Positions 40,370 to 55,241 of a stretch of DNA of 64,000 bases are shown here, one piece after another; the stretch's first letter is position 1, and every line of letters starts with the position of its first letter. The stretch is from Auanema rhodensis (taxonomy: Eukaryota > Animalia > Nematoda), in assembly GCA_964057225.1 (NCBI GenBank), contig OZ059895.1, forward strand, positions 2,852,001-2,916,000, written 5' to 3'. Both the position numbers and the translations under genes were made by a program. Below the pieces are notes generated by a model. The model ran no database searches. It was not told the origin of the DNA and saw only the letters and a program-made list of their open reading frames with translations.

Positions 40370-42133
40370 GTACACCCATAAATTATACGCAGCACAGGTT
40401 ACCTATAAATAATGAACTGACCGACTAATCAGACATGGATCTTTCCAAGTTTTGTTGCTTGAATGGATGTTTTCCTACGTAGGCTAGTAAAACATGCCCT
40501 TCAAAGCATCAGAACATGTGACCACATTCCAATTTTTTTGTATCTATCTTGTAAAGATAGTAATATATCATATGTTGAACACTATGTTGGAAAGATTTTA
40601 ATTCAGATTTTCTAACTTTTATTCAGTTTGTTTTTTAAACTTTGATTAAGAACTTTGATTTTTGTACACCCATAAATTGTACGCAGCACAGGTTACCCTT
40701 AAATAATGAACTGACCGACTAATCAGACATGGATCTTTCCTAGTTCTGTTGCTTGAATGGATGTTTTCCTACGTAGGCTAGTAAAACATGCCCTTCAAAG
40801 CATCAGAACATGTGATCACATTCCAATATTTTTGTATCTATTTTGTAAAGATAGTAATATATCATATGTTGAACACTATGTTGGAAAGATTTTAATTCAG
40901 ATTTTCTAACTTTTATTCAGTTTGTTTTTTAAATTTTGATTAAGAACTTTGATTTTTGTACACCCATAAATTATACGCAGCACAGGTTACCTATAAATAA
41001 TGAACTGACCGACTAATCAGACATGGATCTTTCCAAGTTTTGTTGCTTGAATGGATGTTTTCCTACGTAGGCTAGTAAAACATGCCCTTCAAAGCATCAG
41101 AACATGTGACCACATTCCAATTTTTTTGTATCTATCTTGTAAAGATAGTAATATATCATATGTTGAACACTATGTTGGAAAGATTTTAATTCAGATTTTC
41201 TAACTTTTATTCAGTTTGTTTTTTAAACTTTGATTAAGAACTTTGATTTTTGTACACCCATAAATTGTACGCAGCACAGGTTACCCTTAAATAATGAACT
41301 GACCGACTAATCAGACATGGATCTTTCCTAGTTCTGTTGCTTGAATGGATGTTTTCCTACGTAGGCTAGTAAAACATGCCCTTCAAAGCATCAGAACATG
41401 TGATCACATTCCAATATTTTTGTATCTATTTTGTAAAGATAGTAATATATCATATGTTGAACACTATGTTGGAAAGATTTTAATTCAGATTTTCTAACTT
41501 TTATTCAGTTTGTTTTTTAAATTTTGATTAAGAACTTTGATTTTTGTACACCCATAAATTATACGCAGCACAGGTTACCTATAAATAATGAACTGACCGA
41601 CTAATCAGACATGGATCTTTCCAAGTTTTGTTGCTTGAATGGATGTTTTCCTACGTAGGCTAGTAAAACATGCCCTTCAAAGCATCAGAACATGTGACCA
41701 CATTCCAATTTTTTTGTATCTATCTTGTAAAGATAGTAATATATCATATGTTGAACACTATGTTGGAAAGATTTTAATTCAGATTTTCTAACTTTTATTC
41801 AGTTTGTTTTTTAAACTTTGATTAAGAACTTTGATTTTTGTACACCCATAAATTGTACGCAGCACAGGTTACCCTTAAATAATGAACTGACCGACTAATC
41901 AGACATGGATCTTTCCTAGTTCTGTTGCTTGAATGGATGTTTTCCTACGTAGGCTAGTAAAACATGCCCTTCAAAGCATCAGAACATGTGATCACATTCC
42001 AATATTTTTGTATCTATTTTGTAAAGATAGTAATATATCATATGTTGAACACTATGTTGGAAAGATTTTAATTCAGATTTTCTAACTTTTATTCAGTTTG
42101 TTTTTTAAATTTTGATTAAGAACTTTGATTTTT
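40370..42133 (+). repeat. Triplicated 588-bp dimer
   Basis: CCTATA/GTTTTG/GACCAC monomers at 40370, 40958 and 41546 alternate with ATTGTACG/CTATTTT monomers at 40664, 41252 and 41840. Confidence 0.93.
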
Positions 42134-44611
42134 GTACACCCATAAATTATACGCAGCACAGGTTACCCTTAAATAATGAACTGACCGACTAATCAGACAT
42201 GGATCTTTCCAAGTTCTGTTGCTTGAACGGATGTTTTCCTACGTAGGCTAGTAAAACATGCACTTCAAAGCATCAGAACATGTGATCACATTTCAATTTT
42301 TTTGTATCTATCTTGTAAAGATAGTAATAAACTTTGATTTTTGTACACCCATAAATTATACGCAGCACAGGTTACCCTTAAATAATGAACTGACCGACTA
42401 ATCAGACATTGATCTTTCCTAGTTCTGTTGCTTGAATGGATGTTTTCCTACGTAGGCTAGTAAAACATGCCCTTCAAAGCATCAGAACATGTGATCACAT
42501 TCCAATTTTTTTGTATCTATCTTGTAAAGATAGTAATATATCATATGTTGAACACTATGTTGGAAAGATTTTAATTCAGATTTACGAACTTTTATTCAGT
42601 TTGTTTTTTAAACTTTGATTAAGAACTTTGATTTTTGTACACCCATAAATTATACGCAGCACAGGTTACCCTTAAATAATGAACTGACCGACTAATCAGA
42701 CATGGATCTTTCCAAGTTCTGTTGCTTGAATGGATGTTTTCCTACGTAGGCTAGTAAAACATGCCATTCAAAGCATCAGAACATGTGACCACATTCCAAT
42801 TTTTTTGTATCTATCTTGTAAAGATAGTAATATATCATATGTTGAACACTATGTTGGAAAGATTTTAATTCAGATTTTCTAACTTTTATTCAGTTTGTTT
42901 TTTAAACTTTGATTAAGAACTTTGATTTTTGTACACCCATAAATTATACGCAGCACAGGTTACCCTTAAATAATGAACTGACCGACTAATCAGACATGGA
43001 TCTTTCCTAGTTCTGTTGCTTGAATGGATGTTTTCCTACGTAGGCTAGTAAAACATGCCATTCAAAGCATCAGAACATGTGACCACATTCCAATTTTTTT
43101 GTATCTATCTTGTAAAGATAGTAATATATCATATGTTGAACACTATGTTGGAAAGATTTTAATTCAGATTTTCTAACTTTTATTCAGTTTGTTTTTTAAA
43201 CTTTGATTAAGAACTTTGATTTTTGTACACCCATAAATTATACGCAGCACAGGTTACCCTTAAATAATGAACTGACCGACTAATCAGACATGGATCTTTC
43301 CTAGTTCTGTTGCTTGAATGGATGTTTTCCTACGTAGGCTAGTAAAAGATGCCCTTCAAAGCATCAGAACATGTGATCACATTCCAATATTTTTGTATCT
43401 ATCTTGTAAAGATAGTAATATATCATATGTTGAACACTATGTTGGAAAGATTTTAATTCAGATTTTCTAACTTTTATTCAGTTTGTTTTTTAAATTTTGA
43501 TTCAGAACTTTGATTTTTGTACACCCATAAATTATACGCAGCACAGGTTACCCTTGAATAATGAACTGACCGACTAATCAGACATGGATCTTTCCTAGTT
43601 CTGTTGCTTGAATGGATGTTTTCCTACGTAGGCTAGTAAAACATGCCCTTCAAAGCATCAGAACATGTGATCACATTCCAATTTTTTTGTATCTATCTTG
43701 TAAAGATAGTAATAAACTTTGATTTTTGTACACCCATAAATTATACGCAGCACAGGTTATCCTTAAATAATGAACTGACCGACTAATCAGACATGGATCT
43801 TTCCAAGTTCTGTTGCTTGAACGGATGTTTTCCTACGTAGGCTAGTAAAACATGCCCTTCAAAGCATCAGAACATGTGATCACATTTCAATTTTTTTGTA
43901 TCTATCTTGTAAAGATAGTAATATATCATATGTTGAACACTATGTTGGAAAGATTTTAATTCAGATTTTTTCAACTTTCACTCAGTTTGTTTTCTAAACT
44001 TTGATTAAGAACCTTGTTGTTTGTACACCCATAAAATATACGCAGCACAGGTTACCCTTAAATAATGAACTGACCGACTAATCAGACATGGATCTTTCCT
44101 AGTTCTGTTGCTTGAATGGATGTTTTCCTACGTAGGCTAGTAAAACATGCCCTTCAAAGCATCAGAACATGTGATCACATTCCAGTTTTTTTGAAATCTA
44201 TCTTGTAAAGATAGTAATATATCATATGTTGAACACTATGTTGGAAAGATTTTAATTCAGATTTTCTAACTTTTATTCAGTTTGTTTTTCAAATTTTGAT
44301 TAAGAACTTTGATTTTTGTACACCCATAAATTATACGCAGCACAGGTTACCCTTGAATAATGAACTGACCGACTAATCAGACATGGATCTTTCCTAGTTC
44401 TGTTGCTTGAATGGATGTTTTCCTATGTAGGCTAGTAAAACATGCCCTTCAAAGCATCAGAACATGTGATCACATTTCAATTTTTTTGTATCTATCTTGT
44501 AAAGATAGTAATATATCATATGTTGAACACTATGTTGGAAAGATTTTAATTCAGATTTTCTAACTTTTATTCAGTTTGTTTTTTAAACTTTGATTCAGAA
44601 CTTTGATTTTT

Positions 44612-47600
44612 GTACACCCATAAATTATACGCAGCACAGGTTACCCTTGAATAATGAACTGACCGACTAATCAGACATGGATCTTTCCTAGTTCTGTTGC
44701 TTGAATGGATGTTTTCCTACGTAGGCTAGTAAAACATGCCCTTCAAAGCATCAGAACATGTGATCACATTCCAATTTTTTTGTATCTATCTTGTAAAGAT
44801 AGTAATAAACTTTGATTTTTGTACACCCATAAATTATACGCAGCACAGGTTACCCTTAAATAATGAACTGACCGACTAATCAGACATGGATCTTTCCAAG
44901 TTCTGTTGCTTGAACGGATGTTTTCCTACGTAGGCTAGTAAAACATGCCCTTCAAAGCATCAGAACATGTGATCACATTTCAATTTTTTTGTATCTATCT
45001 TGTAAAGATAGTAATATATCATATGTTGAACACTATGTTGGAAAGATTTTAATTCAGATTTTTTCAACTTTCACTCAGTTTGTTTTCTAAACTTTGATTA
45101 AGAACCTTGTTGTTTGTACACCCATAAAATATACGCAGCACAGGTTACCCTTAAATAATGAACTGACCGACTAATCAGACATGGATCTTTCCTAGTTCTG
45201 TTGCTTGAATGGATGTTTTCCTACGTAGGCTAGTAAAACATGCCCTTCAAAGCATCAGAACATGTGATCACATTCCAATTTTTTTGTATCTATCTTGTAA
45301 AGATAGTAATATATCATATGTTGAACACTATGTTGGAAAGATTTTAATTCAGATTTTCTAACTTTTATTCAGTTTGTTTTTTAAACTTTGATTAAGAACT
45401 TTGATTTTTGTACACCCATAAATTATACGCAGCACAGGTTACCCTTAAATAATGAACTGACCGACTAATCAGACATGGATCTTTCCTAGTTCTGTTGCTT
45501 GAATGGATGTTTTCCTACGTAGGCTAGTAAAACATGCCCTTCAAAGCATCAGAACATGTGATCACATTCCAATTTTTTTGAAATCTATCTTGTAAAGATA
45601 GTAATAAACTTTGATTTTTGTACACCCATAAATTATACGCAGCACAGGTTACCTATAAATAATGAACTGACCGACTAATCAGACATGGATCTTTCCAAGT
45701 TTTGTTGCTTGAATGGATGTTTTCCTACGTAGGCTAGTAAAACATGCCCTTCAAAGCATCAGAACATGTGACCACATTCCAATTTTTTTGTATCTATCTT
45801 GTAAAGATAGTAATATATCATATGTTGAACACTATGTTGGAAAGATTTTAATTCAGATTTTCTAACTTTTATTCAGTTTGTTTTTTAAACTTTGATTAAG
45901 AACTTTGATTTTTGTACACCCATAAATTGTACGCAGCACAGGTTACCCTTAAATAATGAACTGACCGACTAATCAGACATGGATCTTTCCTAGTTCTGTT
46001 GCTTGAATGGATGTTTTCCTACGTAGGCTAGTAAAACATGCCCTTCAAAGCATCAGAACATGTGATCACATTCCAATATTTTTGTATCTATTTTGTAAAG
46101 ATAGTAATATATCATATGTTGAACACTATGTTGGAAAGATTTTAATTCAGATTTTCTAACTTTTATTCAGTTTGTTTTTTAAATTTTGATTAAGAACTTT
46201 GATTTTTGTACACCCATAAATTATACGCAGCACAGGTTACCCTTAAATAATGAACTGACCGACTAATCAGACATGGATCTTTCCAAGTTCTGTTGCTTGA
46301 ACGGATGTTTTCCTACGTAGGCTAGTAAAACATGCACTTCAAAGCATCAGAACATGTGATCACATTTCAATTTTTTTGTATCTATCTTGTAAAGATAGTA
46401 ATATATCATATGTTGAACACTATGTTGGAAAGATTTTAATTCAGATTTTTTCAACTTTCACTCAGTTTGTTTTCTAAACTTTGATTAAGAACCTTGTTGT
46501 TTGTACACCCATAAAATATACGCAGCACAGGTTACCCTTAAATAATGAACTGACCGACTAATCAGACATGGATCTTTCCTAGTTCTGTTGCTTGAATGGA
46601 TGTTTTCCTACGTAGGCTAGTAAAACATGCCCTTCAAAGCATCAGAACATGTGATCACATTCCAGTTTTTTTGAAATCTATCTTGTAAAGATAGTAATAA
46701 ACTTTGATTTTTGTACACCCATAAATTATACGCAGCACAGGTTACCCTTAAATAATGAACTGACCGACTAATCAGACATGGATCTTTCCTAGTTCTGTTG
46801 CTTGAATGGATGTTTTCCTACGTAGGCTAGTAAAACATGCCCTTCAAAGCATCAGAACATGTGATCACATTCCAATTTTTTTGTATCTATCTTGTAAAGA
46901 TAGTAATATATCATATGTTGAACACTATGTTGGAAAGATTTTAATTCAGATTTACGAACTTTTATTCAGTTTGTTTTTTAAACTTTGATTAAGAACTTTG
47001 ATTTTTGTACACCCATAAATTATACGCAGCACAGGTTACCCTTAAATAATGAACTGACCGACTAATCAGACATGGATCTTTCCAAGTTCTGTTGCTTGAA
47101 CGGATGTTTTCCTACGTAGGCTAGTAAAAGATGCCCTTCAAAGCATCAGAACATGTGATCACATTCCAATATTTTTGTATCTATCTTGTAAAGATAGTAA
47201 TATATCATATGTTGAACACTATGTTGGAAAGATTTTAATTCAGATTTTCTAACTTTTATTCAGTTTGTTTTTTAAATTTTGATTCAGAACTTTGATTTTT
47301 GTACACCCATAAATTATACGCAGCACAGGTTACCCTTGAATAATGAACTGACCGACTAATCAGACATGGATCTTTCCTAGTTCTGTTGCTTGAATGGATG
47401 TTTTCCTACGTAGGCTAGTAAAACATGCCCTTCAAAGCATCAGAACATGTGATCACATTCCAATTTTTTTGTATCTATCTTGTAAAGATAGTAATAAACT
47501 TTGATTTTTGTACACCCATAAATTATACGCAGCACAGGTTACCCTTAAATAATGAACTGACCGACTAATCAGACATGGATCTTTCCAAGTTCTGTTGCTT

Positions 47601-49989
47601 GAACGGATGTTTTCCTACGTAGGCTAGTAAAACATGCCCTTCAAAGCATCAGAACATGTGATCACATTTCAATTTTTTTGTATCTATCTTGTAAAGATAG
47701 TAATATATCATATGTTGAACACTATGTTGGAAAGATTTTAATTCAGATTTTTTCAACTTTCACTCAGTTTGTTTTCTAAACTTTGATTAAGAACCTTGTT
47801 GTTTGTACACCCATAAAATATACGCAGCACAGGTTACCCTTAAATAATGAACTGACCGACTAATCAGACATGGATCTTTCCTAGTTCTGTTGCTTGAATG
47901 GATGTTTTCCTACGTAGGCTAGTAAAACATGCCCTTCAAAGCATCAGAACATGTGATCACATTCCAATTTTTTTGTATCTATCTTGTAAAGATAGTAATA
48001 TATCATATGTTGAACACTATGTTGGAAAGATTTTAATTCAGATTTTCTAACTTTTATTCAGTTTGTTTTTTAAACTTTGATTAAGAACTTTGATTTTTGT
48101 ACACCCATAAATTATACGCAGCACAGGTTACCCTTAAATAATGAACTGACCGACTAATCAGACATGGATCTTTCCTAGTTCTGTTGCTTGAATGGATGTT
48201 TTCCTACGTAGGCTAGTAAAACATGCCCTTCAAAGCATCAGAACATGTGATCACATTCCAATTTTTTTGAAATCTATCTTGTAAAGATAGTAATAAACTT
48301 TGATTTTTGTACACCCATAAATTATACGCAGCACAGGTTACCTATAAATAATGAACTGACCGACTAATCAGACATGGATCTTTCCAAGTTTTGTTGCTTG
48401 AATGGATGTTTTCCTACGTAGGCTAGTAAAACATGCCCTTCAAAGCATCAGAACATGTGACCACATTCCAATTTTTTTGTATCTATCTTGTAAAGATAGT
48501 AATATATCATATGTTGAACACTATGTTGGAAAGATTTTAATTCAGATTTTCTAACTTTTATTCAGTTTGTTTTTTAAACTTTGATTAAGAACTTTGATTT
48601 TTGTACACCCATAAATTGTACGCAGCACAGGTTACCCTTAAATAATGAACTGACCGACTAATCAGACATGGATCTTTCCTAGTTCTGTTGCTTGAATGGA
48701 TGTTTTCCTACGTAGGCTAGTAAAACATGCCCTTCAAAGCATCAGAACATGTGATCACATTCCAATATTTTTGTATCTATTTTGTAAAGATAGTAATATA
48801 TCATATGTTGAACACTATGTTGGAAAGATTTTAATTCAGATTTTCTAACTTTTATTCAGTTTGTTTTTTAAATTTTGATTAAGAACTTTGATTTTTGTAC
48901 ACCCATAAATTATACGCAGCACAGGTTACCCTTAAATAATGAACTGACCGACTAATCAGACATGGATCTTTCCAAGTTCTGTTGCTTGAACGGATGTTTT
49001 CCTACGTAGGCTAGTAAAACATGCACTTCAAAGCATCAGAACATGTGATCACATTTCAATTTTTTTGTATCTATCTTGTAAAGATAGTAATATATCATAT
49101 GTTGAACACTATGTTGGAAAGATTTTAATTCAGATTTTTTCAACTTTCACTCAGTTTGTTTTCTAAACTTTGATTAAGAACCTTGTTGTTTGTACACCCA
49201 TAAAATATACGCAGCACAGGTTACCCTTAAATAATGAACTGACCGACTAATCAGACATGGATCTTTCCTAGTTCTGTTGCTTGAATGGATGTTTTCCTAC
49301 GTAGGCTAGTAAAACATGCCCTTCAAAGCATCAGAACATGTGATCACATTCCAGTTTTTTTGAAATCTATCTTGTAAAGATAGTAATAAACTTTGATTTT
49401 TGTACACCCATAAATTATACGCAGCACAGGTTACCCTTAAATAATGAACTGACCGACTAATCAGACATGGATCTTTCCTAGTTCTGTTGCTTGAATGGAT
49501 GTTTTCCTACGTAGGCTAGTAAAACATGCCCTTCAAAGCATCAGAACATGTGATCACATTCCAATTTTTTTGTATCTATCTTGTAAAGATAGTAATATAT
49601 CATATGTTGAACACTATGTTGGAAAGATTTTAATTCAGATTTACGAACTTTTATTCAGTTTGTTTTTTAAACTTTGATTAAGAACTTTGATTTTTGTACA
49701 CCCATAAATTATACGCAGCACAGGTTACCCTTAAATAATGAACTGACCGACTAATCAGACATGGATCTTTCCAAGTTCTGTTGCTTGAATGGATGTTTTC
49801 CTACGTAGGCTAGTAAAACATGCCATTCAAAGCATCAGAACATGTGACCACATTCCAATTTTTTTGTATCTATCTTGTAAAGATAGTAATATATCATATG
49901 TTGAACACTATGTTGGAAAGATTTTAATTCAGATTTTCTAACTTTTATTCAGTTTGTTTTTTAAACTTTGATTAAGAACTTTGATTTTT
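44612..49989 (+). repeat. Two tandem copies of a 2689-bp 10-mer (S-B2-A-S'-A-A-B2-S'-A-A); third copy starts at 52847
   Basis: Anchors 44612/47301/52847; ORFs 46806, 49495 and 55041 all lie 2194 bp from their anchors. Confidence 0.92.
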
Positions 49990-52900
49990 GTACACCCATA
50001 AATTATACGCAGCACAGGTTACCCTTAAATAATGAACTGACCGACTAATCAGACATGGATCTTTCCTAGTTCTGTTGCTTGAATGGATGTTTTCCTACGT
50101 AGGCTAGTAAAACATGCCATTCAAAGCATCAGACCATGTGACCACATTCCAATTTTTTTGTATCTATCTTGTAAAGATAGTAATATATCATATGTTGAAC
50201 ACTATGTTGGAAAGATTTTAATTCAGATTTTCTAACTTTTATTCAGTTTGTTTTTTAAACTTTGATTAAGAACTTTGATTTTTGTACACCCATAAATTAT
50301 ACGCAGCACAGGTTACCCTTAAATAATGAACTGACCGACTAATCAGACATGGATCTTTCCTAGTTCTGTTGCTTGAATGGATGTTTTCCTACGTAGGCTA
50401 GTAAAAGATGCCCTTCAAAGCATCAGAACATGTGATCACATTCCAATATTTTTGTATCTATCTTGTAAAGATAGTAATATATCATATGTTGAACACTATG
50501 TTGGAAAGATTTTAATTCAGATTTTCTAACTTTTATTCAGTTTGTTTTTTAAATTTTGATTCAGAACTTTGATTTTTGTACACCCATAAATTATACGCAG
50601 CACAGGTTACCCTTGAATAATGAACTGACCGACTAATCAGACATGGATCTTTCCTAGTTCTGTTGCTTGAATGGATGTTTTCCTACGTAGGCTAGTAAAA
50701 CATGCCCTTCAAAGCATCAGAACATGTGATCACATTCCAGTTTTTTTGAAATCTATCTTGTAAAGATAGTAATATATCATATGTTGAACACTATGTTGGA
50801 AAGATTTTAATTCAGATTTTCTAACTTTTATTCAGTTTGTTTTTCAAATTTTGATTAAGAACTTTGATTTTTGTACACCCATAAATTATACGCAGCACAG
50901 GTTACCCTTGAATAATGAACTGACCGACTAATCAGACATGGATCTTTCCTAGTTCTGTTGCTTGAATGGATGTTTTCCTATGTAGGCTAGTAAAACATGC
51001 CCTTCAAAGCATCAGAACATGTGATCACATTTCAATTTTTTTGTATCTATCTTGTAAAGATAGTAATATATCATATGTTGAACACTATGTTGGAAAGATT
51101 TTAATTCAGATTTTCTAACTTTTATTCAGTTTGTTTTTTAAACTTTGATTAAGAACTTTGATTTTTGTACACCCATAAATTGTACGCAGCACAGGTTACC
51201 CTTAAATAATGAACTGCCCGACTAATCAGACATGGATCTTTCCTAGTTCTGTTGCTTGAATGGATGTTTTCCTACGTAGGCTAGTAAAACATGCCCTTCA
51301 AAGCATCAGAACATGTGATCACATTCCAATATTTTTGTATCTATCTTGTAAAGATAGTAATATATCATATGTTGAACACTATGTTGGAAAGATTTTAATT
51401 CAGATTTTCTAACTTTTATTCAGTTTGTTTTTTAAACTTTGATTAAGAACTTTGATTTTTGTACACCCATAAATTATACGCAGCACAGGTTACCCTTAAA
51501 TAATGAACTGACCGACTAATCAGACATGGATCTTTCCTAGTTCTGTTGCTTGAATGGATGTTTTCCTACGTAGGCTAGTAAAACATGCCCTTCAAAGCAT
51601 CAGAACATGTGATCACATTCCAATTTTTTTGAAATCTATCTTGTAAAGATAGTAATATATCATATGTTGAACACTATGTTGGAAAGATTTTAATTCAGAT
51701 TTTCTAACTTTTATTCAGTTTGTTTTTTAAACTTTGATTAAGAACTTTGATTTTTGTACACCCATAAATTGTACGCAGCACAGGTTACCCTTAAATAATG
51801 AACTGACCGACTAATCAGACATGGATCTTTCCTAGTTCTGTTGCTTGAATGGATGTTTTCCTACGTAGGCTAGTAAAACATGCCCTTCAAAGCATCAGAA
51901 CATGTGATCACATTCCAATATTTTTGTATCTATCTTGTAAAGATAGTAATATATCATATGTTGAACACTATGTTGGAAAGATTTTAATTCAGATTTTCTA
52001 ACTTTTATTCAGTTTGTTTTTTAAACTTTGATTAAGAACTTTGATTTTTGTACACCCATAAATTGTACGCAGCACAGGTTACCCTTAAATAATAAACTGA
52101 CCGACTAATCAGACATGGATCTTTCCTAGTTCTGTTGCTTGAATGGATGTTTTCCTACGTAGGCTAGTAAAACATGCCCTTCAAAGCATCAGAACATGTG
52201 ATCACATTCCAATATTTTTGTATCTATCTTGTAAAGATAGTAATATATCATATGTTGAACACTATGTTGGAAAGATTTTAATTCAGATTTTCTAACTTTT
52301 ATTCAGTTTGTTTTTTAAACTTTGATTAAGAACTTTGATTTTTGTACACCCATAAATTATACGCAGCACAGGTTACCCTTAAATAATGAACTGACCGACT
52401 AATCAGACATGGATCTTTCCTAGTTCTGTTGCTTGAATGGATGTTTTCCTACGTAGGCTAGTAAAACATGCCCTTCAAAGCATCAGAACATGTGATCACA
52501 TTCCAATTTTTTTGAAATCTATCTTGTAAAGATAGTAATAAACTTTGATTTTTGTACACCCATAAATTATACGCAGCACAGGTTACCCTTAAATAATGAA
52601 CTGACCGACTAATCAGACATGGATCTTTCCAAGTTTTGTTGCTTGAATGGATGTTTTCCTACGTAGGCTAGTAAAACATGCCCTTCAAAGCATCAGAACA
52701 TGTGACCACATTCCAATTTTTTTGTATCTATCTTGTAAAGATAGTAATATATCATATGTTGAACACTATGTTGGAAAGATTTTAATTCAGATTTTCTAAC
52801 TTTTATTCAGTTTGTTTTTTAAACTTTGATAAGAACTTTGATTTTTGTACACCCATAAATTATACGCAGCACAGGTTACCCTTAAATAATGAACTGACCG

Positions 52901-55241
52901 ACTAATCAGACATGGATCTTTCCTAGTTCTGTTGCTTGAATGGATGTTTTCCTACGTAGGCTAGTAAAACATGCCCTTCAAAGCATCAGAACATGTGATC
53001 ACATTCCAATTTTTTTGTATCTATCTTGTAAAGATAGTAATAAACTTTGATTTTTGTACACCCATAAATTATACGCAGCACAGGTTACCCTTAAATAATG
53101 AACTGACCGACTAATCAGACATGGATCTTTCCAAGTTCTGTTGCTTGAACGGATGTTTTCCTACGTAGGCTAGTAAAACATGCCCTTCAAAGCATCAGAA
53201 CATGTGATCACATTTCAATTTTTTTGTATCTATCTTGTAAAGATAGTAATATATCATATGTTGAACACTATGTTGGAAAGATTTTAATTCAGATTTTTTC
53301 AACTTTCACTCAGTTTGTTTTCTAAACTTTGATTAAGAACCTTGTTGTTTGTACACCCATAAAATATACGCAGCACAGGTTACCCTTAAATAATGAACTG
53401 ACCGACTAATCAGACATGGATCTTTCCTAGTTCTGTTGCTTGAATGGATGTTTTCCTACGTAGGCTAGTAAAACATGCCCTTCAAAGCATCAGAACATGT
53501 GATCACATTCCAATTTTTTTGTATCTATCTTGTAAAGATAGTAATATATCATATGTTGAACACTATGTTGGAAAGATTTTAATTCAGATTTTCTAACTTT
53601 TATTCAGTTTGTTTTTTAAACTTTGATTAAGAACTTTGATTTTTGTACACCCATAAATTATACGCAGCACAGGTTACCCTTAAATAATGAACTGACCGAC
53701 TAATCAGACATGGATCTTTCCTAGTTCTGTTGCTTGAATGGATGTTTTCCTACGTAGGCTAGTAAAACATGCCCTTCAAAGCATCAGAACATGTGATCAC
53801 ATTCCAATTTTTTTGAAATCTATCTTGTAAAGATAGTAATAAACTTTGATTTTTGTACACCCATAAATTATACGCAGCACAGGTTACCTATAAATAATGA
53901 ACTGACCGACTAATCAGACATGGATCTTTCCAAGTTTTGTTGCTTGAATGGATGTTTTCCTACGTAGGCTAGTAAAACATGCCCTTCAAAGCATCAGAAC
54001 ATGTGACCACATTCCAATTTTTTTGTATCTATCTTGTAAAGATAGTAATATATCATATGTTGAACACTATGTTGGAAAGATTTTAATTCAGATTTTCTAA
54101 CTTTTATTCAGTTTGTTTTTTAAACTTTGATTAAGAACTTTGATTTTTGTACACCCATAAATTGTACGCAGCACAGGTTACCCTTAAATAATGAACTGAC
54201 CGACTAATCAGACATGGATCTTTCCTAGTTCTGTTGCTTGAATGGATGTTTTCCTACGTAGGCTAGTAAAACATGCCCTTCAAAGCATCAGAACATGTGA
54301 TCACATTCCAATATTTTTGTATCTATTTTGTAAAGATAGTAATATATCATATGTTGAACACTATGTTGGAAAGATTTTAATTCAGATTTTCTAACTTTTA
54401 TTCAGTTTGTTTTTTAAATTTTGATTAAGAACTTTGATTTTTGTACACCCATAAATTATACGCAGCACAGGTTACCCTTAAATAATGAACTGACCGACTA
54501 ATCAGACATGGATCTTTCCAAGTTCTGTTGCTTGAACGGATGTTTTCCTACGTAGGCTAGTAAAACATGCACTTCAAAGCATCAGAACATGTGATCACAT
54601 TTCAATTTTTTTGTATCTATCTTGTAAAGATAGTAATATATCATATGTTGAACACTATGTTGGAAAGATTTTAATTCAGATTTTTTCAACTTTCACTCAG
54701 TTTGTTTTCTAAACTTTGATTAAGAACCTTGTTGTTTGTACACCCATAAAATATACGCAGCACAGGTTACCCTTAAATAATGAACTGACCGACTAATCAG
54801 ACATGGATCTTTCCTAGTTCTGTTGCTTGAATGGATGTTTTCCTACGTAGGCTAGTAAAACATGCCCTTCAAAGCATCAGAACATGTGATCACATTCCAG
54901 TTTTTTTGAAATCTATCTTGTAAAGATAGTAATAAACTTTGATTTTTGTACACCCATAAATTATACGCAGCACAGGTTACCCTTAAATAATGAACTGACC
55001 GACTAATCAGACATGGATCTTTCCTAGTTCTGTTGCTTGAATGGATGTTTTCCTACGTAGGCTAGTAAAACATGCCCTTCAAAGCATCAGAACATGTGAT
55101 CACATTCCAATTTTTTTGTATCTATCTTGTAAAGATAGTAATATATCATATGTTGAACACTATGTTGGAAAGATTTTAATTCAGATTTACGAACTTTTAT
55201 TCAGTTTGTTTTTTAAACTTTGATTAAGAACTTTGATTTTC

